From NCBI GenBank assembly GCA_051747805.1, contig JBNJGP010000001.1, positions 5,281 to 69,280 of the forward strand: a stretch of 64,000 nucleotides of DNA, read 5' to 3'. This DNA comes from Candidatus Muiribacteriota bacterium (lineage in GTDB: Bacteria; Muiribacteriota; Muiribacteriia; Muiribacteriales; Muiribacteriaceae). Shown one piece after another: positions 38,463 through 48,060 of the stretch (positions are counted from its first letter, which is position 1; each line of letters starts with the position of its first letter). The translations under genes and the position numbers were made by a program. Below the pieces are notes generated by a model, which saw nothing but the letters and a program-made list of their open reading frames with translations, had not been told where the DNA came from and searched no databases.

Positions 38463-38490
38463 TTGAAAAATACTATGTTTCTGATATAAT
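38463..38490 (+). promoter_or_regulatory. Sigma70-like promoter (TTGAAA-N16-TATAAT) ending 7 nt upstream of the rSAM ATG; possible leaderless transcript
   Basis: ttgaaaaatactatgtttctgatataat, then cttttttATG at 38498. No Shine-Dalgarno sequence between the -10 and the ATG. Confidence 0.35.
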
Positions 38491-38497
38491 CTTTTTT

Positions 38498-40231
38498 ATG
38501 GAAAAAAAAGACCCGCTTCTACGTGAAATTGCCAATCCGGCTCGTTATTTCCCCTGTGAGTTTGGGAATGCAAAAAAGAGTTTCAAAAACTCAGAACTCA
38601 AGGTTTGTATTTCCTATCCAGATGCTTATGAAGTTGGAATGTCAAATCTTGGTCTTCGAATTCTTTACAGCATTGCAAATTCCGTTCAGAAAGTTGTATG
38701 CGATAGAATTTTTGCTCCTTTTCCAGATATGGCAGAACTTTATAGAAGTAAAAAATTTGATTTTGTTTCAATCGAGCATAAAAAACCTTTAAAAGACTTT
38801 GATATAGTAGGATTTTCCTTTCAATATGAGTTATTATACACAAATTTTTTAAATATATTAGATTTATCAGATATACCACCAGAAAAGGATAAAAGAGAAG
38901 AAGAAACACCGTTAATAATTGCCGGTGGTCCCGCAATGATGAACCCTGCAATTATGATGGAATTTGCCGATTTTATTTTTATTGGCGAGGCCGAAGAGAG
39001 CTTTAATAAGTTTCTGAAAAAGGTAAAAAAACTAAAGAAAGAAGGTAATAATAAAATAGAAATTATTTCAAAAATTAAAAACGAAGATGGAATACTGAAC
39101 TGTCATTTTCCGCAAAAAACTAAAAGAACTTATATAAAAGATTTGAATTTTGCTCCCTTTCCTGATAACTGGATTGTTCCAGTAAATTCTATTGTTCATG
39201 ATAGAATTTTCCTTGAAATAATGAGAGGCTGTGTTCATGGTTGTCGATTCTGTCAGGCCGGCTATATTTACCGTCCCATAAGATATAAAAATTTTCAAAC
39301 ACTTAAAAAACAATCAAAACAGCTACTTGAAAAAACGGGTTATGATGAAATTTCTCTTATCTCTCTCTCTACTGGAGACTATCCTGATATTAAAAAAATA
39401 TCAGAATATATTGCAGATAACTGGAGTAATAAAAAAGTTTCTCTGAGTCTTCCCTCGCTTCATGTAAATAGTAAAACTCTTGATATTTTACAAAATGTTT
39501 TAAAAGTAAAAAAAACAGGATTAACTTTTGCCTGTGAGGCAGGAGCTCAAAGCCTGCGTAATAAAATTAATAAAAAAATTTCAAATACTGAGCTTATTGA
39601 AAAAGTAACAGAAGTTTTTAAAAAAGGCTGGCTGACTATTAAATTATATTTTATGATTGGGCTTCCTTTTGAAAAAGAAGATGATTTAATTGAAACAGTA
39701 AAACTTATTTCAGAATGTTCTAAAATTGCAAGAAATTATGGCGGAAAAAGGGCTAAAATTAATGTGGCATTTTCTACTTTTATACCAAAACCGTTTACTC
39801 CTTTTCAGTGGTCAGAGATGTTATCACTAGAAGAGATAAATAATAAACTCAATTTTCTTAGAAAAAATTTAAATCAAAAAAATGTAAGATTAAAATACAA
39901 CAGTCCGAATTTATCTGTTATTGAGGGTATTTTTTCCCGGGGAGACAGTGAACTTTCAGAGGTGCTTCTTGAGGCTTACAGGCTTGGTGCCCTTTTTGAT
40001 GGCTGGTCGGAGTGGTTTAAGTATGAAATTTGGAAACAGGCTTTTGAAAATAAAAATATTAACATGGAAAAATATCTGAAAAAAATTCCTGTGAATCAGG
40101 AACTTCCATGGGATATTGTTGATAATACAGTTAATAAGGAATTTTTTATTAATGAGCTTCAAAAAGCAGAAAAAGAAGAAAAAACACAGGATTGTAAAAT
40201 CGGCCTTTGTAAAAAATGCGGGGTTTGTTAG
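38498..40231 (+). CDS. Radical SAM protein with N-terminal B12-binding-like domain (TIGR03960-type, uncharacterised)
   Basis: N-terminus LLREIANPARYFPCEFGN matches the family N-terminus. rSAM cluster CVHGCRFCQAG. The ORF-track TTG start at 38459 lies inside the promoter; ATG at 38498 is preferred. Confidence 0.8.
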   Translation: MEKKDPLLREIANPARYFPCEFGNAKKSFKNSELKVCISYPDAYEVGMSNLGLRILYSIANSVQKVVCDRIFAPFPDMAELYRSKKFDFVSIEHKKPLKDFDIVGFSFQYELLYTNFLNILDLSDIPPEKDKREEETPLIIAGGPAMMNPAIMMEFADFIFIGEAEESFNKFLKKVKKLKKEGNNKIEIISKIKNEDGILNCHFPQKTKRTYIKDLNFAPFPDNWIVPVNSIVHDRIFLEIMRGCVHGCRFCQAGYIYRPIRYKNFQTLKKQSKQLLEKTGYDEISLISLSTGDYPDIKKISEYIADNWSNKKVSLSLPSLHVNSKTLDILQNVLKVKKTGLTFACEAGAQSLRNKINKKISNTELIEKVTEVFKKGWLTIKLYFMIGLPFEKEDDLIETVKLISECSKIARNYGGKRAKINVAFSTFIPKPFTPFQWSEMLSLEEINNKLNFLRKNLNQKNVRLKYNSPNLSVIEGIFSRGDSELSEVLLEAYRLGALFDGWSEWFKYEIWKQAFENKNINMEKYLKKIPVNQELPWDIVDNTVNKEFFINELQKAEKEEKTQDCKIGLCKKCGVC

Positions 40232-40762
40232 ATGAGTTATAGAGGAATTACAGGATTTAAGGTGAAAAACGATTTTAAATTTGTGTCTCATCTTGATACT
40301 GTAAAAATGTTTGAAAGGCTGCTTAGAAAATATAATGTTTCACTTATATACAGTGCTGGTTTCAGCCCGCATCCCAAAATATCTATTCCTGTTCCACGTC
40401 CTGTAGGAGTTGAAAGCAGGGCAGAATATGTTGAATTTTTATATGAAGACGGTGATATAGAATTTTTTAAAGACGTTTTTGATAGTAATTTAATAGAAGT
40501 TTTTTATATTAAACAATATTTTTTGAATACTCCCTCTCTTTCAAAAAGGATTAAAAATATTGATTATTTTTTTTCGGATTTTGATTATGAAAAAATTAAT
40601 TCAGAAATTTTAAAAAACTTCAGAGGAATAAATAACTGGAAATTTTTAGATAATATTTTTAAAATAAGTACAGGCAGGGATTTTTCTTTATCTAAATTCA
40701 GCAGAGAATACTGTTTTAAAAAAGTAAAAAGAAAAGTTAATATTAAAAAAATTGATGATTAA
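40232..40762 (+). CDS. Radical-SAM-linked protein (TIGR03936/DUF2344 type)
   Basis: FVSHLDTVKMFERLLRK...GFSPHPKISIPVPRPVGVES matches the ISHLD...GFNPRPK...PLGVES pattern of this family. Starts 1 nt after the rSAM stop. Confidence 0.75.
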   Translation: MSYRGITGFKVKNDFKFVSHLDTVKMFERLLRKYNVSLIYSAGFSPHPKISIPVPRPVGVESRAEYVEFLYEDGDIEFFKDVFDSNLIEVFYIKQYFLNTPSLSKRIKNIDYFFSDFDYEKINSEILKNFRGINNWKFLDNIFKISTGRDFSLSKFSREYCFKKVKRKVNIKKIDD

Positions 40763-40789
40763 TAAAATAAGCAGGCTGGTTATTCAGTA

Positions 40790-40939
40790 ACTTGAGTTTA
40801 GCAAAAAATAGAAATTTTACCCCGTAGACACTTAAAAAGCTTGATTTCACGGGGGGGCTGTGCCGACATCAAATTCTGATAAGAATTTGTGTAGGCCTGA
40901 CCACAAAAGCCTTTTAAGAAAATTTGCTAAACTCAAGTC
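40790..40939. repeat. Intergenic repeat element copy C, most complete, with 16-nt terminal inverted repeats
   Basis: Left TIR cttgagtttagcaaaa (40791-40806) and right TIR ttttgctaaactcaag (ttgctaaactcaag at 40925-40938; the window shows 'atttgctaaactcaag'). Internal CCCCGT...ACGGGG stem. Core gggggggctgtgccgac...aatt...taggcctgaccac is shared with copies A and B. Confidence 0.6.
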
Positions 40940-40962
40940 AGTAATTATAATGGAGTTTTAAT

Positions 40963-42468
40963 ATGAGTAAAAAGATTTTGGTTAATAATGATGAGGATCA
41001 GATAAGAATTGCTATAACAGAAGAAGATAAATTTGTAGAATATTATGAAGAAAATGCCGATTCTGCAAGAATTGCCGGAAATATATACAAGGGAAGGGTT
41101 AGAAATATTCTTCCTGGTATGCAATCGGCCTTTATAGATGTGGGGCTTGAAAAAGATGTTTTTTTGCATATAAATGATGTTTATTTTGAAGAGGAAGAAC
41201 AAACCGGTCTTATTGATGAAGTTATAGATGAAGATAGAAGTAAATCAGAAGAAACTCTTCAGGAAAAGGGAATTTTTATTGAAAATCTTCTATCAAAAGG
41301 GCAGGAAATAATAGTTCAGATTATAAAAGAACCTATTGGAAATAAGGGTCCCCGCGGAACCACGCTCATAACCCTGCCAGGACGTTACATTGTCTTAATG
41401 CCTAATCAAAAACATATTGGTGTATCAAGAAGAATTCAGGACGAAGATGAAAAAGAAAGGCTGAAAGAAATTGGACATAAAATATGCCCTGAAAATATGG
41501 GAATAATTATGCGTACGGTTTCAAAAGGGAAGAGTTTTAATGACTTTGAAGAGGACATTACATTTTTACTTAAGCTATGGTCTAAAATTGATAAAAAAAT
41601 CCAACAGGCCTCAACTCCCGAGCTTATTTATTCAGATCTTGAGCCTGTTTTAAAAATGGTAAGAGACCTTTTTTCAGATAATGTTGAGGAACTGTTAGTT
41701 GACACAAAAATCGATTTTGATCGTATAAATGATTTTTTTGATTTTCTTCCAGAAAAAATGCTTAAAAGAATAAATTATTATTGTGAAGTCTCTCCGATAT
41801 TTGAAAAGTTTGGAATTGAAAGAGAAATATCCAGGCTTTTAAATAAAAATGTTGGGCTTAAATGTGGGGGATATATAGTAATTGAAAAAACAGAAGCTTT
41901 AACGGCTATTGATGTGAATACTGGTAGCTTTGTCGGAAAAACTTCTGATCTTGAAAAAACTGTTTTCAGAACGAACATGGAGGCGGCTAAAGAAATTTCA
42001 AGACAGCTTCGACTGAGAGATATAGGCGGCATAATAATATTGGATTTTATTGATATGCTGAGAGAAGAAAATAAAAAACTGGTGGTTGAAGAACTTAAAA
42101 AAGAATGTGAAAAAGATAAAATGCCAATAACCATATGTGATTTAAGTGAGTTTGGTCTTGTAGAGATGACAAGAAAACGTGTAAGAAAATCACTTCTTGG
42201 TCAGGTAACCCAGCCCTGTTCATACTGCAAGGGAAAAGGTTTTGTATTATCTCCTCAGGAAATAAGTAGTAAGGTTAGACGGGAAATTAGAAGGCATGCA
42301 AGAAAAATCACTAAAAACAATATTCTTGTCTCTGTTCATCCTGAAGTTGGTTTTTATTTAATTGGCGAAGACGAAAAAAATCTTTCAAGAATGGAAGCCG
42401 AGACTCAGAAAAAAATATATATCAGAACAGAAAAAGATTTTCATATTGAAAATTTTGTTATTTCTTAA
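40963..42468 (+). CDS. rng: Ribonuclease G / RNase E-family endoribonuclease
   Basis: S1 domain GNIYKGRVRNILPGMQSAFIDVG. DNase-I-like and Zn-link regions (CxxC: CSYCKGKG). ~500 aa, Rng-sized. TATAAT and GGAG precede the ATG. Confidence 0.85.
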   Translation: MSKKILVNNDEDQIRIAITEEDKFVEYYEENADSARIAGNIYKGRVRNILPGMQSAFIDVGLEKDVFLHINDVYFEEEEQTGLIDEVIDEDRSKSEETLQEKGIFIENLLSKGQEIIVQIIKEPIGNKGPRGTTLITLPGRYIVLMPNQKHIGVSRRIQDEDEKERLKEIGHKICPENMGIIMRTVSKGKSFNDFEEDITFLLKLWSKIDKKIQQASTPELIYSDLEPVLKMVRDLFSDNVEELLVDTKIDFDRINDFFDFLPEKMLKRINYYCEVSPIFEKFGIEREISRLLNKNVGLKCGGYIVIEKTEALTAIDVNTGSFVGKTSDLEKTVFRTNMEAAKEISRQLRLRDIGGIIILDFIDMLREENKKLVVEELKKECEKDKMPITICDLSEFGLVEMTRKRVRKSLLGQVTQPCSYCKGKGFVLSPQEISSKVRREIRRHARKITKNNILVSVHPEVGFYLIGEDEKNLSRMEAETQKKIYIRTEKDFHIENFVIS

Positions 42469-42510
42469 TTTCTACTTGTCAATATTGGCTTTTTCGCTTA
42501 AAATTAAATT

Positions 42511-44265
42511 ATGAAAAAAATTTTATATATTTTATTTATATTTTTATTTCTAAATTTTGTATTTGCATCTACTTCTTTTGAGATACAATATAATAATTTT
42601 GTTCAGACTTTTACAAATGGATGGAGTGCAAGCTTTTCACAGGAAGAGGAAAAGTTAATTTATTTAATTTTATCTGAAAAGAAATATATAGAAAAATTTT
42701 TAAATAAAATTAAAAAAAGAGACGAACAGGACCTGTTACCTTTTTATAATATACTTAAAGTAATTTCTGAAAAAGAAAAAATAGATTTTATTCAAAATTC
42801 TGACCCTGATAACAATTTGATTAAAATAGATAATTTATTAAAAAAAATACGTTCAAATGAAAATATAGTTGAACAAAATGTTGATACTATTACGGCGATA
42901 GAATCTATGTACACTGCTTATACCACCGGGAACACCCGGGAGGGCGATAAAAATCTTACCACCCTTTATATAAATGCCTTTCAGGAGTATATTGATGGTG
43001 AAATTTCGCCTCAGGATATAGATTATATACGTGAGGTCGCTGATAATTATTTTTATTATGGCACCCCTCTTCCAGATTATAGGCTAATAGAGGATTCTGC
43101 TGAAGTTTATTCTTATAAAACTGATAATTTTATTATAAAATATCATATGACAGGTCCGCATCAGGTTTATAAACCTGATATGGATGAAAATGACAGCGGG
43201 ATACCAGATTATGTTGAAAAGACAGGAGAGTTTTTTGAAGAAGGGCTGGAGTTTATAGTTGAGGAATTACAGATGAAACAACCTGCCACTGTTCCAGAGC
43301 TGGAAATAAGAATAGCTGATTTAAATGGTTATGGTGCCACGGTTCCATATATGGAATTTAAAGGGGACAATCGCTGTTATATTATAATTGATAATAATTT
43401 TGAGGGTGAGATTTATAATACAAAGGGCATTGATGCTCTTTCTGTAACAGCTGTCCATGAACTTTTTCATGCAACTCAGGCAATGTATGGTTTGTTTGAT
43501 AATTCCGAACTTTCCCGGAAAATGTGGTTTACAGAGGGGACAGCAGTCTGGATTGAAAATCAGATTTTTCCTGAGGTTAAAGATTATATAAACTATGTTA
43601 ACGATGGAGGTAATCTATATTTTATAGAGCCGAATTTTGGAATAAACGAACTTTTCCCTTCAAACTCATATACTGGAGTTTTATGGTTTAATTTTCTAAC
43701 TGAAAATTTTATTTTTGATAATCAGCTTAAAAAAGGTTATTTAAATAATGAAACTCATATTATAAAGACTTTATGGGAGACTGTACATAATAATAATGTT
43801 GGAGGTCTTGAGGCTCATAAAATAGTTTTTGACAAAAAGATCAAAAATATTTTTTCTGATTTTAATACTGGCAGGTATACTCAGGAAATATGGGAGCATA
43901 ATGAATTGTTTGAAGAAGAACTGTTTTTAATCTCTGAAGTTAAACAATATCCATATGAGAGGGAGTTTATTTCATTTGAAACCCCCCATGCTTTCGGGGC
44001 AAACTATATGAAGTTTGAACCTGCAGATGACGATAGAGGCACATTAATGTTGAATTATAACTCTATTGATGCCCAGAGAGGGCTTCCTGCTGTTATTTTA
44101 ATTAAAAAGGATAATAATTTTAAAACTATTAAAAAAAATAATAAAGATAAATGGGAATTTAAAGTCCAAAATTTCGGGGATGAAATAAAAGAAGTGGTGC
44201 TGATAATTTATAATACAGAAAAAGAAAACGAGAACAATCCCTATATAATTCGGGCAGATTATTGA
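42511..44265 (+). CDS. Secreted putative gluzincin-type zinc metallopeptidase (HExxH ... E)
   Basis: Signal peptide. HELFHATQAMYG, with a downstream WFTEGTAVW as a candidate third ligand 21 residues after the second His. Confidence 0.5.
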   Translation: MKKILYILFIFLFLNFVFASTSFEIQYNNFVQTFTNGWSASFSQEEEKLIYLILSEKKYIEKFLNKIKKRDEQDLLPFYNILKVISEKEKIDFIQNSDPDNNLIKIDNLLKKIRSNENIVEQNVDTITAIESMYTAYTTGNTREGDKNLTTLYINAFQEYIDGEISPQDIDYIREVADNYFYYGTPLPDYRLIEDSAEVYSYKTDNFIIKYHMTGPHQVYKPDMDENDSGIPDYVEKTGEFFEEGLEFIVEELQMKQPATVPELEIRIADLNGYGATVPYMEFKGDNRCYIIIDNNFEGEIYNTKGIDALSVTAVHELFHATQAMYGLFDNSELSRKMWFTEGTAVWIENQIFPEVKDYINYVNDGGNLYFIEPNFGINELFPSNSYTGVLWFNFLTENFIFDNQLKKGYLNNETHIIKTLWETVHNNNVGGLEAHKIVFDKKIKNIFSDFNTGRYTQEIWEHNELFEEELFLISEVKQYPYEREFISFETPHAFGANYMKFEPADDDRGTLMLNYNSIDAQRGLPAVILIKKDNNFKTIKKNNKDKWEFKVQNFGDEIKEVVLIIYNTEKENENNPYIIRADY

Positions 44266-45503
44266 TTTTCCATTATAATACTCATAGAATATTTTCCATC
44301 ATCGATTTCAAGGTCAACAATATAATAATCCTTATATAGTTTTGGAATATTTGTATCAACTGCTGTCATAATATAATTCCCCTGTGGTATATCAGAAAAA
44401 CTGAACCAGCCGTCTTCCTCGCTTTTTGAAACAAATGGTATATACTCGCCCGTGACCTCATTATAAAGCCTTAAAGTAATATTTATTTCAGGGAGCAGAT
44501 TATCCTCGTCTGAAATAACAATTCCTGTTATATTTGAAGTTTCATTTACGGTATGTGGTTTTGGAGTTAACATAACATCGAAGGTATTTTCTCCTTCAGT
44601 TAAATCTAAAGTCTTTGTGAAATCATAATAATTTCCTGACGGATCAATAAAGGTGACAGTTCTCTGACCTGCAGGAATATTGTTGATTTTATAATATGAT
44701 TTTAAAGTATCATCATTTCCATCACCAGATTCATCCATTCCGGAACTGACAGCCGGATATCCGCTGACTTTTACAATAATATCTGTTAGCAGGGCATTTG
44801 TAATTTCATCCCTTACTACCCCTGACAGTGAGCTGACCTCGGTTAATGAACCGCTGTTTTTATCAAGATTAATATTATAATCTGTATGATTTTCTTCTAA
44901 TTCAATTATAGTTGAATATCTTAAGATGGCTCCTGTATAAATTTTCATAAAATGGTTGCCGGGTGCTAAATCAGAAAATGAAAAGTAGCCGTTTGTATTA
45001 GAAAATGTATTTTCGTCACCTATCTGTATTCTGACACGGGATTCAGGATTTCCGTTTTCGGTTACAAGGCCAGAAAGCGAGGCTGTGATTCTATTTAATC
45101 CAAAATCAGTTTTTATATTTTCGCCAGAAGGAAAAGCTATTTCTTCCTCAAGAGTGTCATAAGTGTCGGCCTCAACTTTTACAGTTTCTTTTGGCACTTC
45201 TTCTGCGTCAGGAAATAATATTTTATTTATACTGTAATAACCATTAATATCAGTATAGGTTATTGTATAATCTTCTAACATAACTTTTGCCCCAATAACA
45301 GGCTTTTGAGTATTTCTATCTAAAACATGACCAGATATAGATGAGGGTTTATATACTACAGGAGAGGGAGAATCGTCTTCAGAAACTGGTTGATTAAAAA
45401 AACTCTCTGAAAGAGTACCAGAATCCGAAGATGTACATCCGAATAAAAATAATTGTAATAATAAAATTCCAGTTATCATCCATACAATTTTTTTTGTCTT
45501 CAT
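44259..45503 (-). CDS. Lipoprotein with four carboxypeptidase-regulatory-like (CarbopepD_reg) beta-sandwich repeats
   Basis: Lipobox LFLFGC. Four repeats of the form ISGHVLD...GAKV, LSGLVTENG..VRIQ, LSGVVRDE..IIVKV, ITGIVISDE..INITL. Confidence 0.55.
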   Translation of the reverse strand: MKTKKIVWMITGILLLQLFLFGCTSSDSGTLSESFFNQPVSEDDSPSPVVYKPSSISGHVLDRNTQKPVIGAKVMLEDYTITYTDINGYYSINKILFPDAEEVPKETVKVEADTYDTLEEEIAFPSGENIKTDFGLNRITASLSGLVTENGNPESRVRIQIGDENTFSNTNGYFSFSDLAPGNHFMKIYTGAILRYSTIIELEENHTDYNINLDKNSGSLTEVSSLSGVVRDEITNALLTDIIVKVSGYPAVSSGMDESGDGNDDTLKSYYKINNIPAGQRTVTFIDPSGNYYDFTKTLDLTEGENTFDVMLTPKPHTVNETSNITGIVISDEDNLLPEINITLRLYNEVTGEYIPFVSKSEEDGWFSFSDIPQGNYIMTAVDTNIPKLYKDYYIVDLEIDDGKYSMSIIMENQ

Positions 45504-46111
45504 TAAATTATATCCTTTTTCTGAGCAAGATATAAAACTTCATTAATAGAATTTCTAATCGTTCGCTGCATTAAGTATTTTTTTAAAGTAACCATACCAA
45601 AAAGGCGGTTTCTGGTTTCTCTTTCAACAGAGAATGAGTCCACTATTTTCTTTTGATTAACACAGTAAAATTGTGTGTCCATTTTCACGCTCCCTGTAAT
45701 TGACGTGTTAAGAGCAGGTTCAAGCAAAGCAAGTCCCAGACGTACACCTCTATGGGCATCGTAATCATATACAGAAGTATAAATAACAATGTCTGCATCA
45801 GATTCCAGGGCAATTTCATGAATATTATCCAACTCAATTGGATTGCCTGGCTTCAGATTATTTTTTTGAAGGTATAAATCCAGATAAAAAGGAGTTGTTG
45901 TAACAAAACCAAGCTTAATTAAGGATTTTTCCATAAATTTCATGTAATAAGAGATAACAGACTCATGACCCTCCTGACTAACTTCGGGATAAATAACAAG
46001 AATTCTTTGTCCGGTATTATACTCAAACTGTGTAAAGCCTGTAATAAAAATTAAAATCGAACAAGTTAAAAATGCAAATAAAAAAATAAAGTTTAATCGT
46101 CTGAAATCCAT
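45503..46111 (-). CDS. Membrane-anchored hypothetical protein
   Basis: N-terminal TM FIFLFAFLTCSILIFITGF. No motif recognised. Confidence 0.5.
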   Translation of the reverse strand: MDFRRLNFIFLFAFLTCSILIFITGFTQFEYNTGQRILVIYPEVSQEGHESVISYYMKFMEKSLIKLGFVTTTPFYLDLYLQKNNLKPGNPIELDNIHEIALESDADIVIYTSVYDYDAHRGVRLGLALLEPALNTSITGSVKMDTQFYCVNQKKIVDSFSVERETRNRLFGMVTLKKYLMQRTIRNSINEVLYLAQKKDII

Positions 46112-46493
46112 TGTTTAAAAGCCTTTGCTATTTTTTTAACAGTTTCCTCGTCAGGATTTTCTGGAAGATTTAATTTCTCAAGAGGATTTTCTTTTTTTAT
46201 ATTGATTTTATCATTTTTTCCCTTTTTTTTATTGACTGTAATTTTTTTGTCATTATCTTTTTTTTTAGCCATATAACCCCCAGGTTAGAGATTTCATCAC
46301 TGATAAATCACAGTTTATAAACATCCTTATATATATATCGGTTATTTTGGTTGATTTTCTAAAGTGATTTATTTAGAATTACGTTATTGTTGATTATGAG
46401 CAAATTGACTCAACTCAGATTTATTAAAATTATAATAATTTTTTAAGCTAGACTTGGTTGTTAGAATTAATAATTTTTTTTCAGGGAGCTAAT

Positions 46494-48050
46494 ATGGAAA
46501 AGGGTACTGCAGAAAAGATTTCAGAGTTTAAAAAAAGAACAGAAAAAATCAAAGAGGGCGGTGGTCCAAAAAGAGCTGAAAAACAGCATGAAAAAGGTAA
46601 AAAAACCGCACGTGAAAGACTTGATATTTTATTTGACCCAGAAAGTTTTCAAGAGCTGTTTATGTTTTCAAAACATCGATGTAACACTCTTGGTATGGAA
46701 AAAAAGGACCTGCCGGCGGACGGTGTTGTAACAGGATGTGGACAGGTCGAGGGAAAAAATATTTATGCTTTTTCTCAGGACTTTACCGTAGCCGGAGGTT
46801 CATCTGGCGAAATACATGAGAAAAAAATATGCGAAGTGATGGATATGGCCTTAAAATGCGGCACCCCGTTTATAGGCGTTAATGACGGCGCTGGCGCACG
46901 CATTCAGGAGGGAGTTGATTCTCTATCGGGTTATGGTCAGATTTTCTATCGAAATACCCTTTTATCTGGAGTTGTTCCTCAGATTTCAATAATAGCCGGT
47001 CCATGCGCAGGTGGTGCCGCGTATTCACCTGCTCTGACTGACTTTATTATAATGGTTAAAAACTCTGCTCAAATGTTTATTACAGGCCCAAACGTTATTA
47101 AAACTGTAACCGGGGAAAATATTTCTTCTGAGAAGCTTGGCGGTGCTATGGCACATGCTAAAAAATCTGGTGTCTGTCATCTGGTTGCAGAAGATGATGA
47201 TCATGCACTTTTTTTAACAAAAAAATTATTATCTTATTTACCGTCTAATAATCTTGAAGAACCACCAGAGTATGAGATGAAAGAAGAAGTCGAGGATGTT
47301 GATGAGAGTCTGAACACTATAGTTCCTGATGATTCAAGACAGCCTTATGATATGCGTAATATTATTAAAAAATCAGTTGACCCTGAAAGTTTTTTTGAAA
47401 TACAGGAATTTTTTGCTCCGAATATGATAATCGGATTTGCCAGATTAAATGGAAAAAGTATTGGAATAGTTGGTAATCAGCCTAATCATCTGGCCGGTGT
47501 TCTGGATATAGATTCATCTGATAAATCCTCCCGTTTTATACGTTTTTGTAACTGTTTTAACATTCCAATAGTAACATTTGTTGATGTGCCGGGGTTTTTA
47601 CCTGGAGTTGCCCAGGAGCATGGTGGTATTATCAGGCATGGTGCAAAAATGCTTTTTGCATATTCTGCTACTATTGTTCCAAAATTAACAGTTATTGTCA
47701 GAAAAGCTTATGGAGGAGCCTATCTTGCTATGTGCAGTAAAGATATGGGAGCAGACAGGGTACTGGCCTGGCCAACTGGCGAAATAGCCGTTATGGGTGC
47801 TGAAGGGGCTGCCAGCATAATTTATCGAAAAGAAATAGAAAAAGCAGTAGATAAACAGGCAGAAACTCAAAAGCGTATTAAAGAGTATAAAGAAAATTTT
47901 GCAAATCCATATGCAGCTGCCTCAAGAAATTATATTGATGAGATAATCGAACCAGCTTATACTCGCAAACATCTTATCAGAGCTTTGGAGGCAATATTTT
48001 CAAAAAGAGACGTAAGACCGCCAAAAAAACACGGAAATATGCCGTTTTAG
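46494..48050 (+). CDS. Carboxyltransferase subunit of a Na+-translocating biotin decarboxylase (methylmalonyl-CoA decarboxylase alpha-like / propionyl-CoA carboxylase beta family)
   Basis: N-terminus MEKGTAEKISEFKKRTEKIKEGGG...RERLDILFDPESF and paired crotonase-like CT domains. ATG at 46494 has an AGGGAG RBS; the ORF-track start at 46458 lies upstream of the RBS. Confidence 0.85.
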   Translation: MEKGTAEKISEFKKRTEKIKEGGGPKRAEKQHEKGKKTARERLDILFDPESFQELFMFSKHRCNTLGMEKKDLPADGVVTGCGQVEGKNIYAFSQDFTVAGGSSGEIHEKKICEVMDMALKCGTPFIGVNDGAGARIQEGVDSLSGYGQIFYRNTLLSGVVPQISIIAGPCAGGAAYSPALTDFIIMVKNSAQMFITGPNVIKTVTGENISSEKLGGAMAHAKKSGVCHLVAEDDDHALFLTKKLLSYLPSNNLEEPPEYEMKEEVEDVDESLNTIVPDDSRQPYDMRNIIKKSVDPESFFEIQEFFAPNMIIGFARLNGKSIGIVGNQPNHLAGVLDIDSSDKSSRFIRFCNCFNIPIVTFVDVPGFLPGVAQEHGGIIRHGAKMLFAYSATIVPKLTVIVRKAYGGAYLAMCSKDMGADRVLAWPTGEIAVMGAEGAASIIYRKEIEKAVDKQAETQKRIKEYKENFANPYAAASRNYIDEIIEPAYTRKHLIRALEAIFSKRDVRPPKKHGNMPF

Positions 48051-48060
48051 AGGAGAAAAT

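Noticed and set aside
40925-40962. Hybrid promoter for rng formed by the repeat's right TIR (TTGCTA-N16-TATAAT)
   Set aside because: The predicted TSS would fall inside the GGAG Shine-Dalgarno, leaving too short a leader. It is kept only as a remark inside the repeat finding, not as a feature.
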